Source: Candidatus Amesbacteria bacterium RIFOXYB1_FULL_44_23 (lineage in GTDB: Bacteria; Patescibacteriota; Microgenomatia; CAZETR01; Amesbacteraceae). Taken from it: a stretch of 38,251 bases of DNA. Position numbers and translations under genes: made by a program. Each line of letters opens with the position of its first letter. Positions within the stretch are counted from its first letter, which is position 1. Under the pieces are notes generated by a model, which saw nothing but the letters and a program-made list of their open reading frames with translations, did no database searches and was not told where the DNA came from. Shown piece by piece: positions 16,629 to 25,517 of this stretch. The stretch is taken from positions 1-38,251 of the forward strand of contig MEXR01000048.1 of assembly GCA_001773775.1 (NCBI GenBank), written 5' to 3'.

Positions 16629-17090
16629 ATGCAAAGTAATCAAGTTTTAATTACTCAGGCTGGCCTCGACCACCTCAAGGCCGAATTGACGGATCTACAA
16701 AACGTCAAGCGTCCACTGTTAGTGGAGCGTCTTTCCGTGGCCAGAAGCATGGGGGATTTAGCCGAAAACAGCGATTATCAAAGCGCCAAAGAAGAATTGG
16801 CTTTTATGGATAGCCGCATCGACGAATTGGACGAATTGATCAAAAATGCCAAAGTAGCCATCCCTACCTCTTCCACTTCAGTTAACTTCGGTCACACCGT
16901 AACCGTCAAGGTTAACTCCAGCCAAACTGCTTTCCAGATTGTCGGAGAGCCTGAAGCCGATCCATCCAAAAGAAAAATTTCCCACTCTTCACCCTTGGGC
17001 CTGGCTTTAATGGGTAAAAAAGTCGGAGACCAGATTGAAGTTGATGCACCGGTAGGCAAAATATCTTATACTATCATCAGCATTTCTTAA
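16629..17090 (+). CDS. greA: transcription elongation factor GreA
   Basis: GDLAENSDYQSAKE, IVGEPEAD, ISHSSPLGLALMGK. Confidence 0.97.
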   Translation: MQSNQVLITQAGLDHLKAELTDLQNVKRPLLVERLSVARSMGDLAENSDYQSAKEELAFMDSRIDELDELIKNAKVAIPTSSTSVNFGHTVTVKVNSSQTAFQIVGEPEADPSKRKISHSSPLGLALMGKKVGDQIEVDAPVGKISYTIISIS

Positions 17091-17093
17091 CTT

Positions 17094-17182
17094 ATGAAAT
17101 TAGTAGTTAGCGCCAAGAAGCACAACACTCCTTAAAGGGGGCGTTGTCTTTGTTGCACACACCCCCTTTAAGGGGGTTTTTT
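17094..17182 (+). promoter_or_regulatory. candidate attenuator: leader peptide MKLVVSAKKHNTP plus terminator
   Basis: ORF 17094-17135; terminator ACCCCCT-TTA-AGGGGGT-TTTTT at 17161-17182; competing 12-bp helix 17130-17141/17162-17173. Confidence 0.55.
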
Positions 17183-17183
17183 A

Positions 17184-18029
17184 GTGGAAAAAATGTCAGA
17201 AAAATTATCACCATCATTCGAAAAAGAGAACATTATTTCTCAGGCTCATCACGTCTCAAGTATGGATCAGCTGGCTAGTTTGGGGGAAGCAGGTCGTCTG
17301 TTGTCAGAAATAGGGACCCAGGTTTCATCCCAGATTGATCAGTACAATTCCGGACATCCCGACGAAATGTTGCCCAAATCCCCGGATGAAATTATGGCTC
17401 AATTTGCGGATAACCGCTCATTTGTCATACTATCGGCAGAAAAAAATGCCCGGGTTTTATTTCACGGAACCGTGTATCGCAATTTCACTCCCGGCCAGCA
17501 GGACGCATGGGGTTTTCAGGTGGTCGAGTTTGGTTCGGTTATTACTCACCCCGACTTTCGTTCACTGGGCTTAGGTTCATATGGTTGTCGTTCAGTTGTC
17601 GACCATGTTAAAAAAGAAAATCACAACACCATCTGTCTATCTACAGTCAAACAGGAAAACACTTTAAGAGTTATGTCCCGGGCCGGACTAAGCCCGGTTT
17701 CGTACTGGAAATATCCCCACCTAAGCTTTCTGACTTGCACCTGTGACAATTGTTCAGAGCGTCACGGCTTTTCGGCTTGTCCGTTTCGCCGGACTCCAAA
17801 AGCCAGTACCCCTCCTCGACTATTGCAATTAATGGATAAATCCACTCCATTAGGAAAAATTCCCTGTACTCTCATGTTGTCCGACTTATATTTAGCGGAT
17901 CTTTTTGAGAATCGTTGCCGTGAGTTATCGCGCCGATTTCAACTGCCCCAACTGGAGCCTGGGGTCATTAGCCCAGGCTCCATGCTCATGGCCCAGGCTT
18001 TATTTGCTAAAGTAGAAGCATATGCTTAA
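17184..18029 (+). CDS. GNAT-fold acetyltransferase with Cys-rich C-terminal region
   Basis: EFGSVITHPDFRSLGLGS acetyl-CoA motif A; CTCDNC...C. Confidence 0.7.
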   Translation: MEKMSEKLSPSFEKENIISQAHHVSSMDQLASLGEAGRLLSEIGTQVSSQIDQYNSGHPDEMLPKSPDEIMAQFADNRSFVILSAEKNARVLFHGTVYRNFTPGQQDAWGFQVVEFGSVITHPDFRSLGLGSYGCRSVVDHVKKENHNTICLSTVKQENTLRVMSRAGLSPVSYWKYPHLSFLTCTCDNCSERHGFSACPFRRTPKASTPPRLLQLMDKSTPLGKIPCTLMLSDLYLADLFENRCRELSRRFQLPQLEPGVISPGSMLMAQALFAKVEAYA

Positions 18030-19089
18030 TTCACCTGTAGTAGACACCTTTCTGGAACTGGTCCGAATTGACAGCCCTTCCGGTCAGGAAGCGGTGTTGG
18101 GACAGGCTATTCAAAACAAGCTGTCTGATCTGGGTATTTCATCTTCCATCGATGCTTTCGGAAATCTGTTTGCCAAAGTTGAAGGTCGAGGTCAGCCGGT
18201 TTTACTAAGCGCCCACTTAGACACCGTGGAACCAGGAAGAGGAGTCAAACCGACGGTTGAAGGCGGGATGATTAAAAGTGATGGCACTACCATCCTGGGG
18301 GCAGACAATAAAGCTGCTTTAGCGGCCATCCTGACTGCCATTTCTCAGGCGGATCGTTCAAAATTAAGACCCTTGGAAATAGTTTTTTCCGTTCGTGAAG
18401 AAACTGATGGTTGGATTTCAAAGTTTGATTTTTCTAATCTTACGGCCAAAACCGGTCTGATCGCCGATCGGGCCTCAGCTGTCGGTTCGGTTGTTTTATC
18501 ATCTCCCTGGATCATGAATTTAAACATTGCTGTTGTGGGAAAGCCGGCTCACTCCAGCCTCCCCGAGTTGGCCGTAAACGCGCTCACTGTTGCCGCCAAA
18601 GCAATTTCAGCTACCAAATGGGGCCGGATTGATTCCGTCACTACTGCCAACTTAGGTATCGTTTCCGGGGGCTCCGGTATGAACACTATTCCGGGCCGGG
18701 TGGATTTGGTGGGAGAAATCAGAAGTTTTTCCGAAACCAAGCTAAACGCGGTTCAGGCCAAAATAAAATCTGTTTTTTCTCAGGTTTGTTCAAAATATGG
18801 GGCCGAACTGATTTTCGACAACTCTCTGTATTGTCAGGGTTATTCTTACAAAAAATCCGACCCAGCTGTCAAACAGATCGTATCCGTTCTTCAAAGTTTA
18901 AACATCACTCCTTTTTACGAAGTAGTTTTCGGAGCCAGCGACGCCAATACTTTTGCCGCCAATAATTTCAAAGTGGTCACAATAGGTGACGGGTGTACCG
19001 ATCCGCACACCGTAAATGAAAGCATTTCAGAAGCCAGCTTAGAAAAGTTAACTCAGGTTTTTCTGGCATATATTACCAACTCCGGCTAA
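18022..19089 (+). CDS. M20 family metallopeptidase (peptidase T-like)
   Basis: SAHLDTV, LGADNKA, EE, HT..E motifs. Confidence 0.9.
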   Translation: MLNSPVVDTFLELVRIDSPSGQEAVLGQAIQNKLSDLGISSSIDAFGNLFAKVEGRGQPVLLSAHLDTVEPGRGVKPTVEGGMIKSDGTTILGADNKAALAAILTAISQADRSKLRPLEIVFSVREETDGWISKFDFSNLTAKTGLIADRASAVGSVVLSSPWIMNLNIAVVGKPAHSSLPELAVNALTVAAKAISATKWGRIDSVTTANLGIVSGGSGMNTIPGRVDLVGEIRSFSETKLNAVQAKIKSVFSQVCSKYGAELIFDNSLYCQGYSYKKSDPAVKQIVSVLQSLNITPFYEVVFGASDANTFAANNFKVVTIGDGCTDPHTVNESISEASLEKLTQVFLAYITNSG

Positions 19090-19098
19090 AATAGCCCT

Positions 19099-20979
19099 AT
19101 GAGCCTTTCCCGCTTAGAAGAAATCCGAAATATTCGCCTGGATAAACTGGCTAAATTAAAAAGCCTGGGGATTAATCCCTACCCATCCAAATTTTCCCGT
19201 GATTTTATTTCCATTTCCTCGGCCCGGGAAAAATTAGATCAACAGGTAAGTGTGGTCGGTCGTATTTGGCGCTGGCGGGAACACGGCAACGTCATTTTTG
19301 CCGATCTGCGAGATTCTTCAGGTCAGATCCAGCTTTTATTCCAAAAAAAGAATCTTCCGGACAATTTCTCCACCCTCAAACTTTTTGATGTGGGCGATTT
19401 TCTGGGGGTCACAGGAAAGGTTGTAACCACCCAGGCCGGGGAAGTTACCATCGATACAAATTATTTTGAGCTGTTGGGCAAATCACTGCGCCCACTTCCT
19501 GATGATTGGTATGGTCTCAAAGATACCGAGGAAAGATACCGTAAAAGATATCTTGAACTGTTACTGGATCCTGGCTCAAGACAAAGGTTTGGTCTTCGGA
19601 CCCAATTGATTAGGCAAGTGCGCAATTATTTGGACAATTTAGGTTTTGAGGAAGTCGAGACTCCTACTCTTCAAAGCCAATACGGCGGAGCCAACGCCAA
19701 ACCTTTCAAAACCCATCTTAATGCTCTGGATGTGGACATGTTCCTGCGCATCGCTGATGAGCTCTACCTAAAAAGACTGGTAGTGGGAGGTTACGAAAAA
19801 GTGTATGAAATTTGCAAGGATTTTCGAAATGAAGGTTTTGATCAAACCCACAATCCGGAATTTACCATGATTGAGTATTACGAAGCTTATGCCGATTACC
19901 ATCGGATTATGGATATTACCGAAGGTTTGTTTAAGCATTTGGCCAAAACGGTATTACAAAGTGACGTTCTAAAAGTGGGGGATCGGGAAATCAATATTCA
20001 AAAACCCTGGGCCAGAATAAAAATGGCCGACCTGTTAAAGGATAAATTAGAAATAGATGTTTCCACAATTACCCGACAGCAGTTGCTGGAATTTGCTAAA
20101 AATCATGCCGTTCCGGTTTTAGGAGAAGAAACCACAGGCCAGTTAATATTTACGATATTTGATCACCTGCTCACCGATTCACTGATTGAGCCTACCTGGA
20201 TACTGGATTACCCCAGTGACGTCTCGCCGCTTTCCAAAGGTAAACCCGACGCTCCGCAGTGGGTTGAGAGATTTGAAGGTTACATCGGAGGCAAAGAAAT
20301 TTGTGACGGTTGGTCGGAGTTAACCGATCCCTCCGTCCAAAGATCGCGTTTTGAAACGGATACCAAAGTGGCCAGGAAAGATAAAGAAGAGGCCCAGAAA
20401 GTTGACGAAGATTTTTTGGAAGCCATGGAATACGGCATGCCTCCCATTGGCGGCATCGGTATCGGTATTGACCGGCTGACCATGTTTTTTACCAACACCT
20501 GGTCGATTAAGGAAGTCATGCTCTATCCCACTCTGCGTCCAGAAAACCAGGTCAAAGTAAAACAGGATTTTGATCACAAGCTGGTCATTGTGATCGATTC
20601 AAAACTTCCGGCCTGGCAGGTCATGAACACTTCCGGTCATATTGCCGCATTTTTGGGCAATAAAATGGACCAGGCTTTTGACACCGGCAAATTTTTTGTT
20701 ACCAAAGACGGAAAAAATCTGCCCCGGAATACTCAGTTTGCCATCATTACTTTATCGGCTTCTCAGGCTGATTTAAAAGTCCTGATGGACAAAGTCAGAG
20801 ACAGCGGTTTGTTGCACATCGGTTATGTTCCGGAAATGATGGTTACCTCCAATGACAAAAAGCTTTCCCAAATGATTGGTGAAAAAACAGATGCTCAGAT
20901 TGAATACGCCGGTATTGGAATTTTTGGTCCAAAGGATAAAATAGATGCCTTAACTAAAAAATTCTCCCTGTGGGAGTGA
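19099..20979 (+). CDS. lysS: lysine--tRNA ligase (class II) with C-terminal DUF2000-like domain
   Basis: RYRKRYL, GGANAKPF, FRNEG, HNPEFTMIE, YGMPP.GG.GIGIDRL; extra ~140 aa C-terminus. Confidence 0.96.
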   Translation: MSLSRLEEIRNIRLDKLAKLKSLGINPYPSKFSRDFISISSAREKLDQQVSVVGRIWRWREHGNVIFADLRDSSGQIQLLFQKKNLPDNFSTLKLFDVGDFLGVTGKVVTTQAGEVTIDTNYFELLGKSLRPLPDDWYGLKDTEERYRKRYLELLLDPGSRQRFGLRTQLIRQVRNYLDNLGFEEVETPTLQSQYGGANAKPFKTHLNALDVDMFLRIADELYLKRLVVGGYEKVYEICKDFRNEGFDQTHNPEFTMIEYYEAYADYHRIMDITEGLFKHLAKTVLQSDVLKVGDREINIQKPWARIKMADLLKDKLEIDVSTITRQQLLEFAKNHAVPVLGEETTGQLIFTIFDHLLTDSLIEPTWILDYPSDVSPLSKGKPDAPQWVERFEGYIGGKEICDGWSELTDPSVQRSRFETDTKVARKDKEEAQKVDEDFLEAMEYGMPPIGGIGIGIDRLTMFFTNTWSIKEVMLYPTLRPENQVKVKQDFDHKLVIVIDSKLPAWQVMNTSGHIAAFLGNKMDQAFDTGKFFVTKDGKNLPRNTQFAIITLSASQADLKVLMDKVRDSGLLHIGYVPEMMVTSNDKKLSQMIGEKTDAQIEYAGIGIFGPKDKIDALTKKFSLWE

Positions 20980-20983
20980 TCAG

Positions 20984-21559
20984 ATGATTACCAAAGACCA
21001 GGCCTTAGATTTAATTCGCGCCCATGTCAAAAACGAAAATATCGTCAAACACATGTTGGCCTTGGGGGCCGTTATGGCCGCTTTTTATGATCACCTTCAG
21101 CCGGGGGACGGCAGTACTAAAGACGAGTGGTATATCGCAGGCCTTTTGCACGACGGCGATTACTGTGAGGGCGTGCCGCACAACATGCAGGGAGTAACCA
21201 TTACTCAATGGGCCAAAGATGCCGGTTACCAAATTCCGGAAAATGTCGCCCACGCCATGGCCGCTCATAATTGGAGTAATACCGGAGTCGAACCGGTTTC
21301 CCAAATGGATTGGTCCATTTTTTGCGCCGATTCGCTTACCGGTTTAATTACTGCCTGTACCTTGGTTTTACCTACCAAAAAATTGGCCGATGTAAAACTT
21401 GAAAGTGTGCTTAAGAAATTTAAACAGCCTTCCTTTGCTTCGGGCACCCGAAGAGAAGACATTCAGATGTGTGAAACTAAACTAAACATTCCTCTCGATC
21501 AATTCATCTCTGTCTCTCTTTCCGCGATGCAATCCGCTTCCGATCAGCTCGGCCTCTGA
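20984..21559 (+). CDS. HD-domain phosphohydrolase
   Basis: KHML, GLLHDGDY, AHN, ADSLTGLI, F..G..R. Confidence 0.88.
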   Translation: MITKDQALDLIRAHVKNENIVKHMLALGAVMAAFYDHLQPGDGSTKDEWYIAGLLHDGDYCEGVPHNMQGVTITQWAKDAGYQIPENVAHAMAAHNWSNTGVEPVSQMDWSIFCADSLTGLITACTLVLPTKKLADVKLESVLKKFKQPSFASGTRREDIQMCETKLNIPLDQFISVSLSAMQSASDQLGL

Positions 21560-21560
21560 T

Positions 21561-21600
21561 CTTCTGATATCTTCCAATATCTTCCAATATATTCTAATAT
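21561..21600 (+). repeat. 4 x 10-bp tandem repeat upstream of Fic gene
   Basis: CTTCTGATAT CTTCCAATAT CTTCCAATAT ATTCTAATAT. Confidence 0.85.
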
Positions 21601-21607
21601 ATCCCCA

Positions 21608-22558
21608 GTGGACATCTCAAAATATCATTGGCAGGAATCTGTCGCATCAAGACAGGTTTTAATTCAGATTGAAGCTTTAAAATTAACACTATTAAGCCTG
21701 CCTCGCCTTAAGACTAACTATGGTATCCTGCGTACAGCCTCACTTCTCAAAAGTGCAGTATATTCCGCTCGCATCGAAGGCTTTCCCGATACTGAGCAAA
21801 ATCCCCAAAAGGTCAGCCAAAACTTATTGAAAGCTTACAATTTCCTTATCTCTACACCTCAAAAAAAACTTTCAGTTGCACTTATTAAAAATCTCCACCG
21901 AAAAGTTTTAGACAATATTTCATCTTCCGCCGGTCATTTCCGCACTGAGCCCTGGGCTGTGTACGACCAATTTGGCTCGGCCATATACCTGGCTCCACTT
22001 CACATCCAAATTCCCGGTTTATTGTCAGATTATCTATCGTATCTGGAAAACAGCCAAAATCATCCGTTAATTAATGCCGCCATTGCCCAATTTATATTTG
22101 AAAAAATTCATCCCTTTGCTGACGGCAATGGCAGGGTAGGTCGACTTATTTCTGCATTCTTATTAAAGGTGTCAGGTTATCATTTTGATTATTTAATTCC
22201 CCTGGAAGAATATATCGAAAACCACAAAGACGTTTACTATTCATCTCTTATCCCCAGTCATGACCTGACCGAATTTATTAACTTTTTTTTAACCGCACTT
22301 ATTGAGCAGGGTAAAGCTGTCATATTAGCTGCCCAACAGGATACGCTACCTACAACAAATTTGCTTTCTCCCCGCCGTCAGGAAATATTAGCAATTCTTA
22401 AAGATCATCCACATGCTTCTTTTGATTTCATCCACCGTCGGTTTTTAAATTTAAATCCCAAAACTCTGCATTACGATTTAGGTCAACTCATTAAACGTGG
22501 TTTTATCCAAAAAGCTGGTATTACCCGCGGCGTTACCTATATAATAAAAAATAACTAA
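21608..22558 (+). CDS. Fic family protein with C-terminal winged HTH
   Basis: HPFADGNGRVGR catalytic motif; SARIEG inhibitory-helix-like motif. Confidence 0.93.
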   Translation: MDISKYHWQESVASRQVLIQIEALKLTLLSLPRLKTNYGILRTASLLKSAVYSARIEGFPDTEQNPQKVSQNLLKAYNFLISTPQKKLSVALIKNLHRKVLDNISSSAGHFRTEPWAVYDQFGSAIYLAPLHIQIPGLLSDYLSYLENSQNHPLINAAIAQFIFEKIHPFADGNGRVGRLISAFLLKVSGYHFDYLIPLEEYIENHKDVYYSSLIPSHDLTEFINFFLTALIEQGKAVILAAQQDTLPTTNLLSPRRQEILAILKDHPHASFDFIHRRFLNLNPKTLHYDLGQLIKRGFIQKAGITRGVTYIIKNN

Positions 22559-22560
22559 TA

Positions 22561-23184
22561 ATGGACACCGAATTCGAAGCCAAGTTTTATCCCGTCGACA
22601 AAAAAAGATTTTGCCAGAAACTGCTTCAAATTGGTGCCAAGTTAATCGTTCCCGAAAGGAAATTGCGTCGAGTGTTGGTCGACTCTCGTACTTACCCTCA
22701 AATTAAATGTACTTACATCAGAGTTAGGGATGAGGGTAATCATGTACGACTAAGTGCCAAAATTCATGCCGCCGCAGATGGCCGGGTTTCTGATCAAAAA
22801 GAATTAGACGTAATAGTTGATAGTTTTGAAAAGACAATCGAGATATTGCAAATCATGGGTTTTACCCCGGATCATTACCAGGAAAACTTACGAGAGACTT
22901 GGAAGTTGAATAATATTGAAATAGTCATTGATACCTGGCCGGGTCTTGAATCCTACTCGGAAATTGAAGCAAGTTCGGAGGATGAAGTAAAAAATACCGC
23001 ACAAAAATTAGGCTTTGATTGGGGCAAAAAAATTATTACCGGAGTAGGTAACATTATGAGCGAAAAATATCATTTGGATTTGGAGGTTGTCGATCAGATG
23101 CTAAGACATATCACTTTCGAACAAAATCCCTTTACTGATTTGCCTAGTTATCCGATAGCTAACACTCAAACTGCTTATTTGTAA
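22561..23184 (+). CDS. CYTH domain protein (class IV adenylate cyclase-like)
   Basis: EFEAK, IRVR, RETW, EIE motifs. Confidence 0.88.
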   Translation: MDTEFEAKFYPVDKKRFCQKLLQIGAKLIVPERKLRRVLVDSRTYPQIKCTYIRVRDEGNHVRLSAKIHAAADGRVSDQKELDVIVDSFEKTIEILQIMGFTPDHYQENLRETWKLNNIEIVIDTWPGLESYSEIEASSEDEVKNTAQKLGFDWGKKIITGVGNIMSEKYHLDLEVVDQMLRHITFEQNPFTDLPSYPIANTQTAYL

Positions 23185-23187
23185 ATA

Positions 23188-23475
23188 TTGCTTATGAAAT
23201 ATCTTTTTAGCACCAATGCGGATTGCAAAGCTTGTTTTGATGAAATTCTTCTTGGTTTACTGGAGCTGGAAAAGACTAAGCAAATAAGTGAAATTTATTA
23301 TCAGCTTCCGAGTGCTATTTTACTTGATTCACCCATGGGTCCAGATCAGCTTATTGCCAAAATGACAGCTTCGACTCACGTGGCTCATGATTTTTCCAAA
23401 TATACTGATTTGACCGATTCGGAATATTTCCAAAAAAAGAAATCGTTTAAACTATATACTCAAGCCATAATCTGA
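23188..23475 (+). CDS. hypothetical protein
   Basis: ORF fills the operon gap; start 23188 or 23194. Confidence 0.6.
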   Translation: MLMKYLFSTNADCKACFDEILLGLLELEKTKQISEIYYQLPSAILLDSPMGPDQLIAKMTASTHVAHDFSKYTDLTDSEYFQKKKSFKLYTQAII

Positions 23476-23479
23476 ATTT

Positions 23480-24091
23480 ATGAAAATTGCCCGTTTGGTT
23501 ATCGGTACCACAAATGCAGGGAAACTCGCGGAATGGAAATCGTTTTTGCAGGACCAGGTTGAAATTCTCGGACTTTCTGATTTTCCTAAAATGGCCGACA
23601 TATCGGAAACCGGCTCCACTTTTGCTGAAAATGCCCGTATCAAAGCCGGTACTTACGCCAAAGCATTAAATGAATTTGTTTACAGTGAAGACGGAGGCAT
23701 GGAGATTGATGCCCTAAACGGTTGGCCGGGGGTCAGTAGTCACCGTCTTTTGCCTGACGGGTCGCAAGCCTCGGATGACCAAGTGATGTCCTACACTCTA
23801 GAAAGAATGAAAGACATTCCGGCCTCAAGCCGCCAAGCCAGATTGGCATTTAGCGCCGCCATCGCCGATCCGTCAGGCCAGATAATTTTCGAAGGCCAGG
23901 GCGCTCTTGAGGGAGTCATAACTGATTCAATCGGTCCGGTTGTAATTCCCGGATACCCGTTTCGTTCTATTTTCTTTCTGCCTCAGGTAAATAAAACTTA
24001 TGCCGAGTTAAGTGATAATGAACACGATCAGTACAACCACAAAAAACCGGTAGCCCAAAAAGTCATTGAGTTTTTAAAAGCTGCCCAATAG
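23480..24091 (+). CDS. rdgB: non-canonical purine NTP pyrophosphatase (Ham1/RdgB family)
   Basis: TTNAGK, ETGSTFAENARIKA, EDGG, L.GWPGV.S.R; C-terminal motifs divergent. Confidence 0.85.
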   Translation: MKIARLVIGTTNAGKLAEWKSFLQDQVEILGLSDFPKMADISETGSTFAENARIKAGTYAKALNEFVYSEDGGMEIDALNGWPGVSSHRLLPDGSQASDDQVMSYTLERMKDIPASSRQARLAFSAAIADPSGQIIFEGQGALEGVITDSIGPVVIPGYPFRSIFFLPQVNKTYAELSDNEHDQYNHKKPVAQKVIEFLKAAQ

Positions 24092-24108
24092 CTGTATAAT
24101 ACCCACAA

Positions 24109-24227
24109 GGCGTTATCAGACAGCTTCCAACTGTTGAGCCGATTGGGGTAAAAAACCAATCCGGGATGGCCCGTAATAGCTTCAAATTAAGTATCCTCTC
24201 TCGCTGGCACCTCTCTTCCAGGGGCGA
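24109..24227 (+). promoter_or_regulatory. candidate atypical T-box riboswitch (Ser) in serS leader
   Basis: TATAAT 24095-24100; short stem with UCC in the terminal loop; UGGCACC bulge 24205-24211 flanked by UCGC/GCGA. Confidence 0.45.
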
Positions 24228-24269
24228 AAGAAAAGAATTTATAGTATTCTTATCTGGTATTTCACATCT

Positions 24270-25508
24270 ATGATTGACCTTAAACTTATTCGCGAAAAAC
24301 CGGAACTGGTTAAATCCGGAATTTTAACCAAGGGCTACGATGCTACCGTTGTCGACCGGGTATTGGAGTTGGACAAAAAACACCGGGAACTACTTTCTGA
24401 AACCGAAAATCTCAGGGCCGCCAGAAACAAGCTGACTCCAAAACAGATCGACGAAGGCAAAAGTATCAAAGAGCAATTAAAAATCCTTACTCCCCAACTT
24501 GATACTTTAGAAGCCGAGCTTAATCAGGCTCTAAGTCTTGTCCCCAATTTACCATCACCTCTGGCTCCTATTGGAAAAGGCGAATCCGAAAACTTAGAGC
24601 TTCGAAAATGGGGGACACCCAGATCCTTTGAATTCACTCCCAAAGACCATCTCGAACTAGGTAAGCATTTAAATATTTTAGATTTCGAGACCGGAGCCAA
24701 AGTCGTCGGTTCACAGTTTTATTATCTTTACGGAGACGGAGCCTTACTGGAGTTGGCTTTGATTCAATACGCCTTCAACTTATTGCAAAAATCAGGCTTT
24801 GTTCCGGTTATTACTCCGGATTTGGCCAAACCCCGCTTCTATTTGGGCACCGGCTACATTCCCAAAGGCAATGAAGCCCAGACTTATACCATCGAGGGTC
24901 AGGATATGGGATTAATTGCCACAGCCGAAGTCACCTTGGCCGGAAAACATGCTGACGAAATAATTCCTGAAGACCAACTCCCCATCAAGTACATCGGTTA
25001 CTCGCATTGTTTTAGGCAAGAAGAGGGTGCTTACGGAAAATACTCCAAAGGTTTATATAGGGTGCATCAGTTTACCAAGGCCGAAATGTTTATTTATTGC
25101 ACGCCGGATGAATCAGAAAAAATGCATCAGTTGATTTTGTCGCTTGAAGAAAAAATATATCAGGAATTAGGTATTCCGTATCGGGTTTTGGAAATGTGTA
25201 CCGGCGATCTCGGTGCCATGGCCGCCAGAAAATTCGATATCGAAGCCTGGATGCCCGGTCGGGGAGATTATGGTGAAGTGACTTCTACTTCAAACTGTAC
25301 CGACTATCAGGCCCGAAATTTAAACATTCGTTACAAAAGAAAAAATGGAGTTATTGAGCATGTCCACATGTTAAACGGGACCGCCATCGCTACCTCCAGG
25401 ACCCCCCTGGCCATCATGGAAAATTACCAAAACGCTGATGGAACAATCACCATCCCCGAAGTACTCCGCCCCATTATGGGCAAAGACAAAATCACTCCCA
25501 GGATCTAA
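24270..25508 (+). CDS. serS: serine--tRNA ligase
   Basis: MIDLKLIRE, LIATAE, CFRQE, GLYRVHQFTK, KFDIEAW, EVTSTSNCTDYQAR, LNGT. Confidence 0.98.
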   Translation: MIDLKLIREKPELVKSGILTKGYDATVVDRVLELDKKHRELLSETENLRAARNKLTPKQIDEGKSIKEQLKILTPQLDTLEAELNQALSLVPNLPSPLAPIGKGESENLELRKWGTPRSFEFTPKDHLELGKHLNILDFETGAKVVGSQFYYLYGDGALLELALIQYAFNLLQKSGFVPVITPDLAKPRFYLGTGYIPKGNEAQTYTIEGQDMGLIATAEVTLAGKHADEIIPEDQLPIKYIGYSHCFRQEEGAYGKYSKGLYRVHQFTKAEMFIYCTPDESEKMHQLILSLEEKIYQELGIPYRVLEMCTGDLGAMAARKFDIEAWMPGRGDYGEVTSTSNCTDYQARNLNIRYKRKNGVIEHVHMLNGTAIATSRTPLAIMENYQNADGTITIPEVLRPIMGKDKITPRI

Positions 25509-25517
25509 AATTGATCC

